Positions 37,926-51,913 of a stretch of DNA of 64,000 nt are shown one piece after another; the first letter of the stretch is position 1; every line of letters begins with the position of its first letter. The DNA lies in NCBI RefSeq assembly GCF_006345805.1, contig NW_021833743.1, positions 1 through 64,000 of the forward strand. The letters run 5' to 3'. A program made the translations under genes and the position numbers. The notes below the pieces were generated by a model. That model did not search any database and had not been told where the DNA came from. It saw only the letters and a list, made by a program, of their open reading frames with translations. Source of the stretch: Octopus sinensis. Taxonomy: Eukaryota.

Positions 37926-38004
37926 ATAATGATTGTTGAATAACAAAGTTGATGTACAGAATATGATAGTAGATCATGAATGTAGATATGAACTTAGAGA
38001 ATAT

Positions 38005-38388
38005 TAGCTGAAAAGTCGCACTTTGTGTAGACTTATAAGCTAGCTCCTGTGGGTGGTTAATTGGGTCTGTGACCCAAAACTAAGGAGGGCTAAATAGCAT
38101 GACTATAATACATCTATAATGACTATATGCCCAGGTGGTGTTTTATCAGAGGTTAAAGACAGATGAGAATTAATTCTGTAATGCAATCATTCTATTGTTC
38201 CAGTCCTAAGTTGAATTCCAACTGTTGGCCAATTTATCCCAAAGTTCTTATCTCGAAGTAAAATAAACGAAGCAAATGTCGTTTATCTTCCCTTTTATCT
38301 CTGATGTCATCTGACAACTGCTACCAAGATGGCATGAATCAGCCAAAATTTATTTGCTAGAAATAACAACCCAAATGCTTTTAAATCA
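38005..38388 (+). repeat. Unclassified ~380-bp dispersed repeat (copy 2)
   Basis: Homologous to 29463-29835 in inverted orientation. Confidence 0.8.
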
Positions 38389-38664
38389 GATCTTCATAAC
38401 CCACTGTTTCTGTGGGGTTCATAGGGGGAAGAATTCTCAAACAAGCCCTCCAAGGGGCATGTATATCAGTTAAGGGGTTCCGACAGCAAATTACTTGGTG
38501 ACCTTGCTGGTGTTGGTGCATGCAAAAAACACCTAGTACACTCTGTAAAGTGGTGTAGAGCAGAAACCAAGTCCAATCAGACAGTAGAATTAGCTCCTAT
38601 CGAATCATCCAACTCATCGTACCTTGTAAAGTAAATGATAAACAGATATATTTTTTATTTATGT

Positions 38665-38957
38665 GCCCTTTTCAAGCCTAGCCAGGCTCATGGGCCTGGT
38701 TTCTGTGGTGTATGTGTTCCCCCCCACAGCTGGACGGGATGCCAGTCCATCACAGTGTTACTTAAGAAACAGGAAGAGAGAGTGAGAAAAAGCTGTGGTG
38801 AAAGAGTACAACAGGGGTTGCCACCACCCCCTGCCAGAGCCTCGTGGAGCTTTAGGTGTTTTCGCCCAATAAACACTCACAACGCCTGGTCTGGGAATCG
38901 AAACAGTGATCCTCCGACCGCAAGTCTGCTGCCCTAACCACTGGGCCATTGCACCTC

Positions 38958-38958
<1 letters not shown>
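38665..38958 (-). mobile_element. SINE family E copy (tRNA-derived head)
   Basis: Reverse complement GGAGGTGCAATGGCCCAGTGGTTAGGGC...GTTTCGATTCCC; homologous to 60786-61148. Confidence 0.8.
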
Positions 38959-38991
<33 letters not shown>

Positions 38992-39084
38992 CTGGCACAG
39001 AATATATACCTATAATGTACTGGATGCAGTTTATTAAACTAATTGTACCATCATAATAAATATGTCCTTGAACTAACAGACTAT

Positions 39085-40195
39085 TTACTCCTTGATAAGT
39101 GTGTAACCTTGCGCCAATGGACTATTTAGCACCTTTTCAATAAGTATACCACTGGACTATTTACAGATTCCCAATAGGTGTACCCTTGCACCCATGGTCT
39201 ACTTATCCTCACAATAAGTTAAGTTAAGTTAATTTTTTGGCTCAAAAAGCAAAAAGCAAGGCCATGTAGGGGGACATGGAGTTATGTACAGGGTGGTGTT
39301 CATGCAAAGAGTTCAGGCCATTTCTGGTCAAGAGAGTCTTTGAACCGAGCGGTCGTCGGCATCTTCACTATCTCGTCTGGCAGCTTATTCCACGGATCCG
39401 CAACCCGGACGGAGAAAGCCCCTCTCCTTCGATTGAGATGAAATCGTCACAGACAGAACTTTTTGGAGTGACCCCGCAGCCGACGCTCTGGAGCAGGAGT
39501 GAAGAACAGCTCTTTCGAGAGGTTACACTTTCGACTTATGATGTTGTGAGCGAGAATGAGATCACCACGGTGTTGTCGTTTTTCTAGAGAATAAAGGTCG
39601 AGCGTCTCCAGCCTTTCTTCATAAGACAAATGCTTGAGGCCAAGAACCATGCGGGTAGCCAGCTTCTGGACTCTTTTGAGATGATGTTTGTCTTTAAGGA
39701 GATAAGGAGAAGAGGCTTGAATCCTGTACTCCAATATGGGTTTCACCAGCGTGACATAAAGCGGTAGGAATATGGCTGCTGTGAGCATTCCGAATGACCG
39801 TCGAATCAAAAACAGAACTCTGCGTGCTTTGTATTTGTGCCAGTGGGCTATCTACAGCTTCCCAATGCACCAATGGAACGATTAGTCTCGCAAAATAAGT
39901 GTATTTGTGCCAATTGCCTACTCACAGCTTCCTAATAGGTGTGTCCTCACACCTAAGGACTATTTATCCTCATAACTAGATTGTATTTGTGCCAATAGAT
40001 TATTTACACCTTCCCAATAGAGGTATCCTTGTGCCTGTGGACTATTTACCTTTTCACAGTAATTAGTCTTGCACCAATGGACTATTTATCTTCACAAAAA
40101 GAGCATATTTGTATCAATGGAGAATTTAGACCTTCCCAATAAGAGTACCAATGGACTATTTACACCTTTCCTACATGCGTAACCTTGTGCCAGTG
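39085..40195. repeat. Old degenerate ~40/80-bp minisatellite interrupted by CR1
   Basis: Recurrent GTATTTGTGCCAAT.GACTATTTAC.CCTTCCCAATAG motif on both sides of the CR1 insertion. Confidence 0.75.
39215..39830 (-). pseudogene. 5'-truncated CR1-clade LINE (ORF2 C-terminus, 3' UTR, (TTAAC)n tail)
   Basis: KARRVLFLIRRSF...LVKPILEY...LKRVQKLATRMV.GL..LSYEERL..L.LYSLE.R..RGDLI...LRGHSKK, premature TGA at 39447-39449, then FSVRVADPWNKLP and the natural stop at 39300-39302. Confidence 0.93.
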
Positions 40196-40824
40196 CAAAA
40201 CAAAACAAACAAAAATCATCACCATTGTTATTATTACTATTATTAGTTGTAGTAATAGTATTATTATGAGTGATTTATTATCTTTCTGGCTAAATAAGTT
40301 GCTCAACCCTCAGAACCATTAATAACAGAATTATCTTGATGTATTTGATAATAAACCATGTTACAGCAATATTCTCTGGCTTCTGTCCATCGTTTTACCA
40401 CCATCGTCAGTATCACTGTTATCCCTTTCATCGTTTATCACTATCAGTATTTTTACATCTTTTCTTTCAATGTGGCTGGCTGTTTGCCTGTCTGTCCGTC
40501 AGTCTCAATGCATGCAAAGGCATGCGAGCGAAAGTTCATACATGTATGACTGTGTGTTTGTTTGTGAGTGCTTGAGAGAGAAAGAGGGCATGTGAGTAAA
40601 GGAGCATGTATGTGTGTGCATATGTGTGTGTGTGTGTGTGTGTGCATGCGTGCGTGTGAGAGTGAGAGAGAGAGAATGCATGTATGATGGCATGTTTGTA
40701 TGCATGCATGTGCCTGCACAGGCATGCATATATCTATGAATACATGCTTCATCATAAATTGGATGTGAAATGATGATGCATGTGTGTGTATATATATATG
40801 TATATATATATGTGTGTGCGTATG

Positions 40825-40855
<31 letters not shown>

Positions 40856-40870
40856 ACGTATGTATGTATG

Positions 40871-40911
<41 letters not shown>

Positions 40912-41547
40912 CCTCCCATCACTGAAGTTTCCATCAATAATTTATACTACAGCCATACAAGTCCACAATTGTCCATAGCAACATATTGATCTCATTGTCC
41001 CATATCTTGTTTTCCATCTTTATCTACCCACCTATAAACGAATGAACAGGTGAGTAAAAGCTGACATTTCACCCATCAAACATCAAAGTGATCATTGATA
41101 CTTTTTTTTAATGTAGCAAAAGAAATAACAAGACAAAACAACCCCCAAAAAACAAACCATTATTAAACCTTAAATTCCAACCCGAAAATAAAAAAAAACC
41201 TAAATACCTAAGACATGTTTATTGTGTTGAAGGTTGCAATGTAAAGGTTTAACATGGCTGTTTTTCCAATAACACCAATTCAAAAATGCATTGCTTTGAA
41301 CGTTTTAAGATTAAATGTCACCTTTTCTTCAGTTACCTACCCTCATATTTACATCATTCAATTGTTTGTTTTACACCCATTTTTCCATGCCAGCATGGGT
41401 TGGAAGGAAGTTTTTTTGAAGCTGTGTTTTATGTTGGGACACTGTTCCTGTTTCTAACCCTTATCTCTTTTTCAATCCATCCATCCATCTATCTATCCAT
41501 CAGTCCATCCATCCATCATTCCATCTGTCTATCTATCAAACATTATT

Positions 41548-41768
41548 CCTTTCTACAAGAGGCACAAACCATGAAATTTTAAGGGAGCTGGTTAGTCAAT
41601 TACATTGACCCCCACAGTGCTTGGCAGGTATTTATTTCACCAACTATGAAAGGATGAAAGAGTCAATGTTGGTGGAACCTTGGTGGAATTTGAGCTCAGA
41701 ATGTAAAGACGGACGAAATGCCATTAATCATTGTGTCCAGCATGCAAATAATTCTGCCAGCTTGCCCC
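41548..41768 (-). mobile_element. SINE family A copy
   Basis: GAAAGGATGAAAG...GAATTTGAGCTCAGAATGTAAAGACGGACGAAATG. Confidence 0.75.
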
Positions 41769-42169
41769 CTTATCTTGCAGATACAAGCACTTCTGGTTCA
41801 AAGCTCTGCATAATGGACACTAGAAAGCTTGCTGGATCACCGGGACAGAATGTGCAGTATTTTGGAGCCTTCATAATCATCATCATCATTTAATGTCCAG
41901 TTGTCCATACTGGCATGAGTTGGATGATTTGACATGGAGCTGACCAGTTGGGGAGTTGTCCAATTGTCTGTTGTAGCCTGGTTTCTTTGGCTGGATGCAC
42001 TTCCTTATGCCTAATGCCAAATTATGTGTGAGTGTGTGTGTGTATATATATATATGTATATATGTTTGTATGTGTGTGTTATGTGTGTGTATATATATAT
42101 ACGCACATATACACATATAGATATTATATATGTGTGTGCATGTATACATATGTGTGTGTGTGCGTATAG

Positions 42170-42560
42170 GCATAGAAGTGGCTGTGTGGTAAGTAGCTTG
42201 CTTACGAACCACATGGTTCTGGGTTCAGTCCCACTGTGTGGCACCTTGAGCAAGTGAATTCTACTATAGCCTTGAGCCAACCAAAGCCTTGTGAGTGGGT
42301 TTGGTAGACGGAAATTGAAAGAAGCCCGTCATATATATGTATATATGTGTGTTCATGTGTCTGTGTTTGTCTGTCCCAACATCGCTTGACAACCGATGGT
42401 GGTGTGTTTACGTCCCTGTAACTTAGCGGTTCGGCAAAAGGGACCAATAGAATAAGTACTAGACTTACAAAGAATAAGTCCTGGGGTCGATGTGCTCGAC
42501 TAAAAGCAGTGCTCCAGCATGGCCACTGTCAAATGACTGAAACAAGTAAAAGAGTAAGGG
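42170..42560 (+). mobile_element. SINE family B copy (well preserved)
   Basis: Full head, internal microsatellite and tail, with many CpGs retained. Confidence 0.9.
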
Positions 42561-42571
42561 TTATCATCATC

Positions 42572-42852
42572 ATCATCATCATCATTTAACGTCCGCTTTC
42601 CATGCTAGCATGGGTTGGACGGTTCAACTGGGGTCTGGGGAGCCCGAAGGCTGCACCAGGCCAGTCAGATCTGGCAGTGTTTCTACAGCTGGATGCCCTT
42701 CCTAACGCCAACCACTCCGAGCGTGTAGTGGGTGATTTTATGTGCCACCGACACAGGTGCCAGACGAAGCTGGTGGACGGCCACACTCGGATGGTGTTTT
42801 TTATGTGCCACCGACACAGGTGCCAGACGAGGCTGGCAGACGGCCACGCTCG
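42572..42852 (-). mobile_element. Family C copy with an internal 63-bp tandem duplication
   Basis: ATGTGCCACCGACACAGGTGCCAGACGA starts at 42740 and 42803. Confidence 0.85.
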
Positions 42853-42853
42853 G

Positions 42854-42886
<33 letters not shown>

Positions 42887-43509
42887 TACATGCATATGTG
42901 GCCATATACAAGCTCCCTCTTTTGTTTGAACAATAGTGGTGATAGTAGAGGTTCTGGTAAGAGTAGTAACCATGCAGTAAAGTGCAACTAAGCTGCACAG
43001 TCAGTATACGAACAGCTGCTGCTGTTTCTACACTTGTCTGTCTGTGTGTCAGTAGCTTCTAGTGCCTGGTGTCATAGTAACCACATTAAAATTAGTTGAT
43101 TGTTTTGTTTGTTCACTGGAAACCTTGTCATTTTTTGTTTAACCATAGGTCATCTCTGATCCAGATGATCAAAGGCGTTCTAGCCATGACCATCTCATCT
43201 TTATTCAGAATTAGTACATCTTGAACTAAAATATCCTAAGAATTCATTCCAGTTATGACCACCCTGTTCAATACATATATTTCATTGGTACAATTACGAT
43301 TTTAGGTGTAGGTGTGTGGTCTAAAGATTAAGGTGTTGGACTTTCAAGTATAACTTTCTGGTTTTGATTCCCAGAATGGGTAATGTCAGTATGTTTTTGA
43401 GCAAAATACTTAATTATACATTGTTCCAGTCCCCTCATGGCTACCAGTTACGTGACACTGGAATCAACCACAACTACAATTTCACTTGGTTTTACAGGTC
43501 TTCTCAAGC

Positions 43510-43752
43510 ACAGCAAAGTCTTTGATTAGATCATGGCAAAGTCTTGGATCAAAGTCTTTGATCAGATCCTTACTATGACACCATGAACACTTTGAAATTA
43601 TATTTCTAATCGTGTAAACCAGTTTGAATATTATTTTAGCAAGTTTTAAATAATTTCTATTGTAAAGTAAATCATTTACCATTTCTGTGGTGCTACCCCT
43701 TGCCTTGAAGCCCTAAACATGTGCTTATTTTCCTTAATGGTTAACCCAGCAC
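43510..43752. mobile_element. Partial copy (right half) of the hAT-type MITE at 61771
   Basis: Ends GGTTAACCCAGCACTG; the interior matches 46780-46985 and 61990-62195. Confidence 0.65.
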
Positions 43753-43881
43753 TGGATATGCTGCGAGACCTAGCCAGCCCATGCAAGCATAAAGGAACAT
43801 ATAATGACAATGGTAAATACGTGTCCCTCTTAGCTACTCTTACGTTAACCCCTTAACATGCACATTATTCTATCAAATGAA

Positions 43882-44335
43882 TCATCATCATCATTTAACG
43901 TCCGCTTTCCATGCTGGTATGGGTTGGACGGTTTGGCTGAGGACTGGTGAGCCAGAAGGCTGCACCAGGCTTAGTCTGAACTGGTAAAGTTTCTACGGCT
44001 GGATTCCCTTCCTAACGCCAACCACTCTGAGAGTGTAGTGGGTGCTTTTACGTGACACCGGCACCGAGGGCCAGTCAGGTGGTTCTGACAACAACCACGC
44101 TCAAAAGATGTTTTTTTATGTGCCACCTCCATGGGGAGCCAGTCCAGTGACACTGGCAATGACCCCACTCGAATGTTGATTTTCCCATGCCACCGGCGCA
44201 TGTGCTGGTAGGGGTAACTATAGCAACGACCATGCTTGAATGGTGAGCATGGGAGCCAATCCGTAGCCCTGGCAACGATCACTCTCAGATGTGCTCTTAA
44301 CGTTCCACTGGCACGAGTGCCAATCAGGTGGCACT
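43882..44335 (-). mobile_element. Family C copy with several diverged internal repeat units
   Basis: CATCATCATTTAACGTCCGCTTTCCATGC start, followed by repeated TGCCACC...CAGTC...GGCAA.GACCAC.CTC units. Confidence 0.8.
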
Positions 44336-44469
44336 GTCATCGGCCACGTCAGCAATTCTGATTTGTTTTCACTTGCCTCCGCAAGCAAAGTTCATTGTCC
44401 AATGAATGAGGGGTACTCATGAGTGGGCCGTTATTTATTCGCATTGTTTTGAATTATTCATGCAATAGG

Positions 44470-44628
44470 CGTAGGAGTGGCTGTGTGGTAAGTAGCTTGC
44501 TTACCAACTACATGGTTCTGGGTTCAGTCCCACTGCGTGGCACCTTGAGCAAGTGTCTTCTACTATAGCCTTGGGCCAACCAAGCCTTGTGAGTAGATTT
44601 GGTAGATAGAAACTGAAAGAAGCCTGTC

Positions 44629-44694
<66 letters not shown>

Positions 44695-44900
44695 GTATGT
44701 GTGTCTGTGTTTGTCCTCACAACATCACTTGACAACCAATGCTGGTGTGTTTACGTCCTGTAACTTAGCGGTTCGGCAAAAGAGACCAATAGAATAAGTA
44801 CTAGGCTTACAAAGAATAAGTCCTGGGTCAATATGCTCAACTAAAGGCAGTGCTCCAGCATGGCTGCAGTCAAATGACTGAAATAAGTAATAGAGTAGCA
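44470..44900 (+). mobile_element. SINE family B copy
   Basis: AGGCGTAGGAGTGGCTGTGTGGTAAG head through AAATGACTGAAATAAGT tail. Confidence 0.9.
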
Positions 44901-45285
44901 TGGAAAGCGGACGTTAAACGATGATGATGATGACGATGATGACTAGGTTGATGAAGACTGTGTAGTCTTTGTACTCACTTTGGGAGTGGATAAGAAACCC
45001 TTAACCATTAAACTGGTTGTTACATGAAATAACCAATGTGTCCATATGTGACCATCACTGTCCAGCAACATAATAGTTGCAGTAGCTGGGTCTGAACGAT
45101 TGTACTATCAGTGTGTGAGGGTAGAGAGAGATGGTGAGGGTGAAGTAGTGAGAAATAGGGAGGGAGTACAAGAGAGAGTGGAAAAAGGGAAAGCTTCAAA
45201 AAGAGGGGGAGTAGATAGAGAGAGAAAAAGAGAGAGGGGTAAGGGTGCTTTAGAGAATAATTCAGGGAAACAGAAGGGAGGATGG

Positions 45286-45316
<31 letters not shown>

Positions 45317-45819
45317 AGAGAGAGAGAAAGAAAGAAAAGAGGAGTGAAAGTACTTCAGAGAATGCTTCAAGAGGGAGACATGGAAAGAAAGAGATAAGAG
45401 TACTTCAGAGAGAGAGAGAGAGAGAGAGGTAGACAGAGAGGGAGGGGAAATGGGGGACATTGGGAGATAAAGGTGTGTGGGAGGGGATATTAAGAAACAT
45501 CTGATAGAAGTGGATGTTGCATGTTTAGTGATGTTGTTTTAATGATCTCGTTAGCGGTTGATGGCAGCTGGAATAGATGTTAATGATGGAATGGCGGGTG
45601 GAGCGGGGGGAGGGGGGAAGAAGGGTAGCAAGAAGACATTGAGTTGGGAAAGAGGGGTGGGGAGGGAGAGAGGGTGGGGTGAGATGTTATGATGTTAGTT
45701 AAAAGATGTCTTGACAGAAGCAACATAGCTACATACATACATTCACACGTGTATGCGTGTATTTGTATGTGTATATATATATATATCTGTCTAAGTAATT
45801 TATTTATATATTTTTTTTT

Positions 45820-46210
45820 TTGTTTCAGTCACTGAAGTGTGGCCATGCTGGGGCTCGGTCTTGAAGGGTTTACTTGAACAACTCATCTCCAGTACTTAGT
45901 TATTTCTGTTTTTGAAACCTGGTACATATTCTGTCAGTCGCTTTTGCCATATTGCTAGGTTATGTGGACATAAACAAACCAACACTGGTCAAGTGGTGTG
46001 CATGTATGGAGGGAACAAACACATACCCAGATATGTATATATGTGCATGCACACACACACACACATATACAACAGGCTTCCACACAATTTCCATGTACCA
46101 AATTCACTCACAAACAAGGCATTAGTTGGTCTGGGGCTGTAGTAGAAGACACCCACTGAAGGTGTCATGCAGTGGGAGTGAACCCAGCACCACATGGTTG
46201 GAAGGCAAGT
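45820..46210 (-). mobile_element. SINE family B copy (diverged)
   Basis: TGTTTCAGTC...GTGGCCATGCTGGGG...GTAGAAGACAC...ACCACATGGTTGG. Confidence 0.7.
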
Positions 46211-46235
46211 TTCTTTACCACACAACAATAATGTA

Positions 46236-46293
<58 letters not shown>

Positions 46294-46567
46294 TACACAC
46301 AAGCCACATATCACATATACATACATTACACACACGTTTGTATCTTCATAAATGAGTCTAGAAAGTACTCAATACAGGTTGTAAAGTCTGCAAATATACT
46401 TAATGCACATGGGAGAGGAGTGACATGTTATACATGCTTCAAGAAGCTGAGTAAATAATCTGTGGATCCTTGAGTTGTGAATAACATATGCAAAATACAA
46501 AAACACACAATTCTAAGACATAAATATATAATAAATAGAAAACGCACGCACAAACACGTTCCCTAGT

Positions 46568-46987
46568 CTGGGGCTGGATTTAAACCCATAGAGGCCCTAA
46601 GCACTTAAAAGATTTTGGTGTCCGCATATATATGTAATTCAAAATATAAACAATAATAAACCATGAAATAAATTCTTATTTCTCAAACAGAAATGAAACA
46701 AAAGATAAAGAGAGGGAAAATAATGTTTAATTTTGTCTAATTCCACTTTATTTAGATTTGAAAAGTTTTCTCCTACTTTTTTCAGTTACAAATCCTTACT
46801 ATGATTCCATGAACTCTTTGAAATTCTATTTCCAATAATACAAACCACTTTGAATATCATTTTAGCAAGTTTAAAGAGATTTCTTTTTTTTTTTTGTGCT
46901 GTAAACCATTTACCATTTCTGTGGTGGCCCCTTCTTCCTTTGGTGCCCTAAGCATGTGCTTATTTTGCTTTATGGTTAATTCAGTGC
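46568..46987. mobile_element. hAT-type MITE, second full copy
   Basis: Colinear with 61771-62195; degenerate TIRs GGGCTGGATTTAAACC / GGTTAATTCAGTGC. Confidence 0.75.
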
Positions 46988-47084
46988 AACACCATTCCAT
47001 CATACACGCACACCATTCCCTTGCACACACACACACACGCACACACAACTATCCAGCTTGTTTAAATTACTCTGGAAACTCTCC

Positions 47085-47307
47085 TAAACCTTTAAGCATT
47101 TAAACCAGCCATATGAAGCCCAATTATTCAACCTGTTTTATGTTTAAACTGGCCAGATCCTGCATCTCATACCTACCCAACAATGTCATTCTAAAAATAA
47201 GTAGTCATTGAAATCTCAAAGCAATGAGATAATCCAAGAATAATTCAAAATAATGTGAATAAATGAGCATTATATTTGACAGAGTAACATAATTGCCAAA
47301 AGGTTAA
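47085..47307. mobile_element. TTAA-flanked MITE, same family as 28991
   Basis: Ends .AAACCTTT...AAAAGGTTAA with a shared interior. Confidence 0.6.
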
Positions 47308-47395
47308 AATAATATAGGAGTAACAAATTCATCCCATTTTTGTATCTGGTTTTGCAAGATTCTTGATGTGAACATTTTGTTGCAACTTGGAAGGC

Positions 47396-47624
47396 TTAAC
47401 CCTGTTGTTACCAACCTGGCCAAAACCGGCTCTGGCTCTGTAGTACAAATGTCTTGTTTTCATAAGTTTAAAATTAAAATATTCCCCCAAACCTTAGTCA
47501 CAATTTATGTTCCTAACACTAGCTGAATGATAACTAAGTTATTTTACTAAATTCTTTGTTATATTTAAAATAATTGAAAGAAACGCAGAACATCTCAAAA
47601 TAAATACAGTAACAAAAGAGTTAA
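47396..47624. mobile_element. TTAA-flanked MITE, different family
   Basis: TTAACCCTGTTGTTAC / GTAACAAAAGAGTTAA inverted ends. Confidence 0.65.
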
Positions 47625-49119
47625 ACTGACTGATGGCTTAACCAGCTGATTAAGCAAGTGATCAATTAGTTAATTAGTTGGTTAAATAATTAACCAACTG
47701 GCTTGGCGATTTCGATGACACAATTGCGTAGTTTTGGAATGACATTGAAGGGGAAGTATGAGAGGCTGGATTTGGTCAGTTTTAACAAAGCGGGTAGGAT
47801 AGTTAACCCTTTATAGCATTCAGATTTCTCTGTCAAATGCAAGAAATTGAACCAGTGCATGTTTATTATTAGAATAATGATCCCCCCCCCCCATTATACA
47901 ACAGAATTCCTTATTGCTTAATGTCATTGTCCACCAGGAGGTGCTGGTGCTGAAAATGAATTGAACATGAAAAAAAGCTAATGCACACACACACACATAT
48001 GCATGCACACATGTGTTTGTGTCAAACCATAATGGAAATACATTTAAATATTTGTTGTGCAAGATTTTTTATGGAAATGCTAAGTGGGACTCAAACCTGA
48101 TACCTCGTTATATCAGAAGTAATTTATACATTTTACCATTCAGTTTTTATCCATCGTTTCTTTTCTTTTTAATTTATTCTAACATTAATCCATCTGTGAA
48201 ATGCTTCGTTAAAGACATCGTTTAATTTTAAGGAAACTGTTTTTTTTTTCTTATGAAAGAAAAATGTTGGCTATTTGCTGGTTTCCTGTTTTACCAAGAA
48301 TCAATTAGAAAGAAATATATTGATCTATGATTGAGCCAGTGTCTAATTAATACTGAATAGTTGGATTGTGGTGGGGTTATGGTGGGGGTGTGATGGTGAT
48401 GAAAGGGGCCTGGAAATAGGTCTTTATGATATGTAGGGTAGGGAATGGTGGTGGAATGAAGAGGGAGTGGGATGTGTTTGTGGGGTGAGGTGGATGTTGG
48501 AGTGCGGGAGTTGCGAGGGTGGGGTGGGGGAAATGTCTGGAAGCAACAGGAGAATGGTGACTAATGGATGAGGAAAATGTAACTGTAAGTGGTGGAGTTT
48601 TGAGAGAAAGGGAGAGAGAGATCTGAGTAGAGGAAAGTGAGAGATTTGATTGGAAGAGAGTGAGAGATCCAAATGGAAGAGAGTGAGAGATCCGAGTGGA
48701 TCTATCAGTTTCTGTCTACCAAATCCACTCACAAGGCTTTGGTTGGCCCAAGGCTATAGTAGATGACATTTGCTGAAGGTACCATGCAGTGGAACTGAAC
48801 CCGGAACCATGTGGTTGATAAGCAAGCTACTTACCACACAGCCACTCCTGAGCCTATATTTATTTTATTGATATATTTTAATTAATTTTTAGGCATGAAA
48901 ATACTTATTTTACCACAGAAATAATTAAAATCTAAAAAAATATAAATACCTATTGGCTGTAGAGACCTGCGATATACTGAGGAGTCCACGATATAAATTT
49001 ACATATATTAGCCAGAAAAATCCACGATGTAATGAGGGTGTGATGGGTGAATTGCAATATGGTGAGTGAAGACTGTGTATATATGAGTATGTGTGTATGT
49101 GTGTATATGTATACTCTTT

Positions 49120-49592
<473 letters not shown>

Positions 49593-50109
49593 ATGAATGT
49601 GTGTATGTATAAAATTAGATCTTGTTATATTGTTGCAGAAGTTGAGTTGGAAGAGTGAAGTGTGCAGAGGTGACCTCGGGCTTGAACTCAATGGAAATAT
49701 TGTTGTTCCTGTGTTTGTTGCAATTCGGTCAGTTACACCCAACTCTCCCTTCGTCTCTCCATCAATCTATCTATCTATTTATCTGTCAGAAAGGGACAGT
49801 AAAACAGAGAGGAGGAGGTGGGGGAGAGAGAGAGAGAGAGAAATCAAAGAGGAGAGAGTGAGTGTAAGGGAAGTGGGTGAGGAAATAGCGCAAGGATATT
49901 CAGAGGGGGTAGCTGAAGGGGAGAGTAAAGTAAGGAAAGGGAATTGACTAATAATAGATGAATATAGATATTTCCGAGCATAAACAGAGGACAATTATTT
50001 TTGGAGACAATGGTTCCGCATGTCCATATGGGTGTATTAATGCACGTATAACATACACACACATTCTATATATATTTATTAATAGATAAACACACAAATC
50101 ACATTAAAA

Positions 50110-50155
50110 ACACATATTATATATATATGTATATATATATCAATATATATATATG

Positions 50156-50205
<50 letters not shown>

Positions 50206-50241
50206 TTGTATATATATATATATATATTTGTATATTTTAGT

Positions 50242-50275
<34 letters not shown>

Positions 50276-50375
50276 TATATATATATATAATTAATGTATA
50301 TATATATATTTTATATTTATATTTGTATATATATATAGATATATATGTATATATGTATATATATATATATACATA

Positions 50376-50430
<55 letters not shown>

Positions 50431-50726
50431 ATTATATATGTATATATGTATATATATATATATTATATATTATATATATGTATATATGTATATATATATA
50501 TAATGTATATATGTATATATTATGTATAGATTTATATATATATATTATATATATATATGTAATATGTATATATGTATATATGTATAATATATATATATAT
50601 ATATATATTTTTCTATATAAATATTATATTTATGTATATATTCTATATAATATATATATATATGTATATATTTCTATATAGATATATATATATGTATATA
50701 TGTATATTATATATAATGTATATTAT

Positions 50727-50786
<60 letters not shown>

Positions 50787-50823
50787 TGTATACATGTATA
50801 TGTATATATTATATATATAATTA

Positions 50824-50856
<33 letters not shown>

Positions 50857-50985
50857 CTATCTATATAATATATATATATATGTATATTATTATATATATT
50901 TCTATATAAATATATATATGTATATATGTATATATTATATATATATTTCTATATATATATATAAGTATATATATATTATATATAC

Positions 50986-51030
<45 letters not shown>

Positions 51031-51036
51031 ATATAG

Positions 51037-51067
<31 letters not shown>

Positions 51068-51210
51068 CTATATATATATATATTATTATATAGACAATAT
51101 ATATATATATATTACATTATACATATATAATTATATAGACAATATACATATATATTATTCTATATATATATAATATATATTTGTATATTATATATATATA
51201 GGCAATATAG

Positions 51211-51267
<57 letters not shown>

Positions 51268-51301
51268 ATATATATATTTGTATATATATATTATATAGGC
51301 A

Positions 51302-51344
<43 letters not shown>

Positions 51345-51428
51345 ATATATATTATATATATATATTATATAGACAATATACATATATATATATATTTATA
51401 TATATATATTTATTATATAGACAATATA

Positions 51429-51467
<39 letters not shown>

Positions 51468-51495
51468 TATATATGTATGTATATATATGTATATA
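50110..51495. repeat. ~1.4-kb imperfect (TA)n tract
   Basis: Direct inspection; contains a recurrent TATTATATAGACAATA(T/C)A motif at about 51025-51430. Confidence 0.95.
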
Positions 51496-51725
51496 TAGGG
51501 AAGAAATAGGAGGGATTAACAATTTTCGGCTGATTTCACTGGCAATAGTCTGAGAAAATGGACAGAATATATGGATCGGTCAGTTCAAATTTATATTTGG
51601 ACAGAAAAAGACATTTCCATTTTCGTCCCTGTTATTGATTGAAAGGAGAGAATGGGTGAAATGTTCTTTTTGCATATACCACATGTGGGACAAACAAACA
51701 TTATATCTGTGTAGGTGGTTGGGGT

Positions 51726-51769
<44 letters not shown>

Positions 51770-51854
51770 ATGGAGAGGGAAGCTGTCTGTATGCATATAT
51801 ATATAGTCTTATAAATATATGAGCATATAAATGCAAAAATACACACACAAATAC

Positions 51855-51913
<59 letters not shown>

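Noticed and set aside
34786-37977. Three overlapping ORFs of about 1000 aa on the minus strand
   Set aside because: They are translations of a 37-bp tandem unit with no stop in any minus frame; indels shift frames freely, and there is no domain content.
40955-41056. Perfect plus-strand donor CAG|GTGAGT near 41050
   Set aside because: No compelling upstream reading frame or homology.
45020-45460. Charged R/E-rich ORF and its S/L-rich antisense ORF
   Set aside because: Produced by a (GA)-rich purine tract.
48370-48560. G-rich tract with quadruplex potential
   Set aside because: Irregular low-complexity G/T sequence common in this window, with no specific structure or context.
50323-50995. 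Tyr/Ile-rich ORFs, here and at many other (TA)n/(CA)n sites
   Set aside because: Microsatellite translations.
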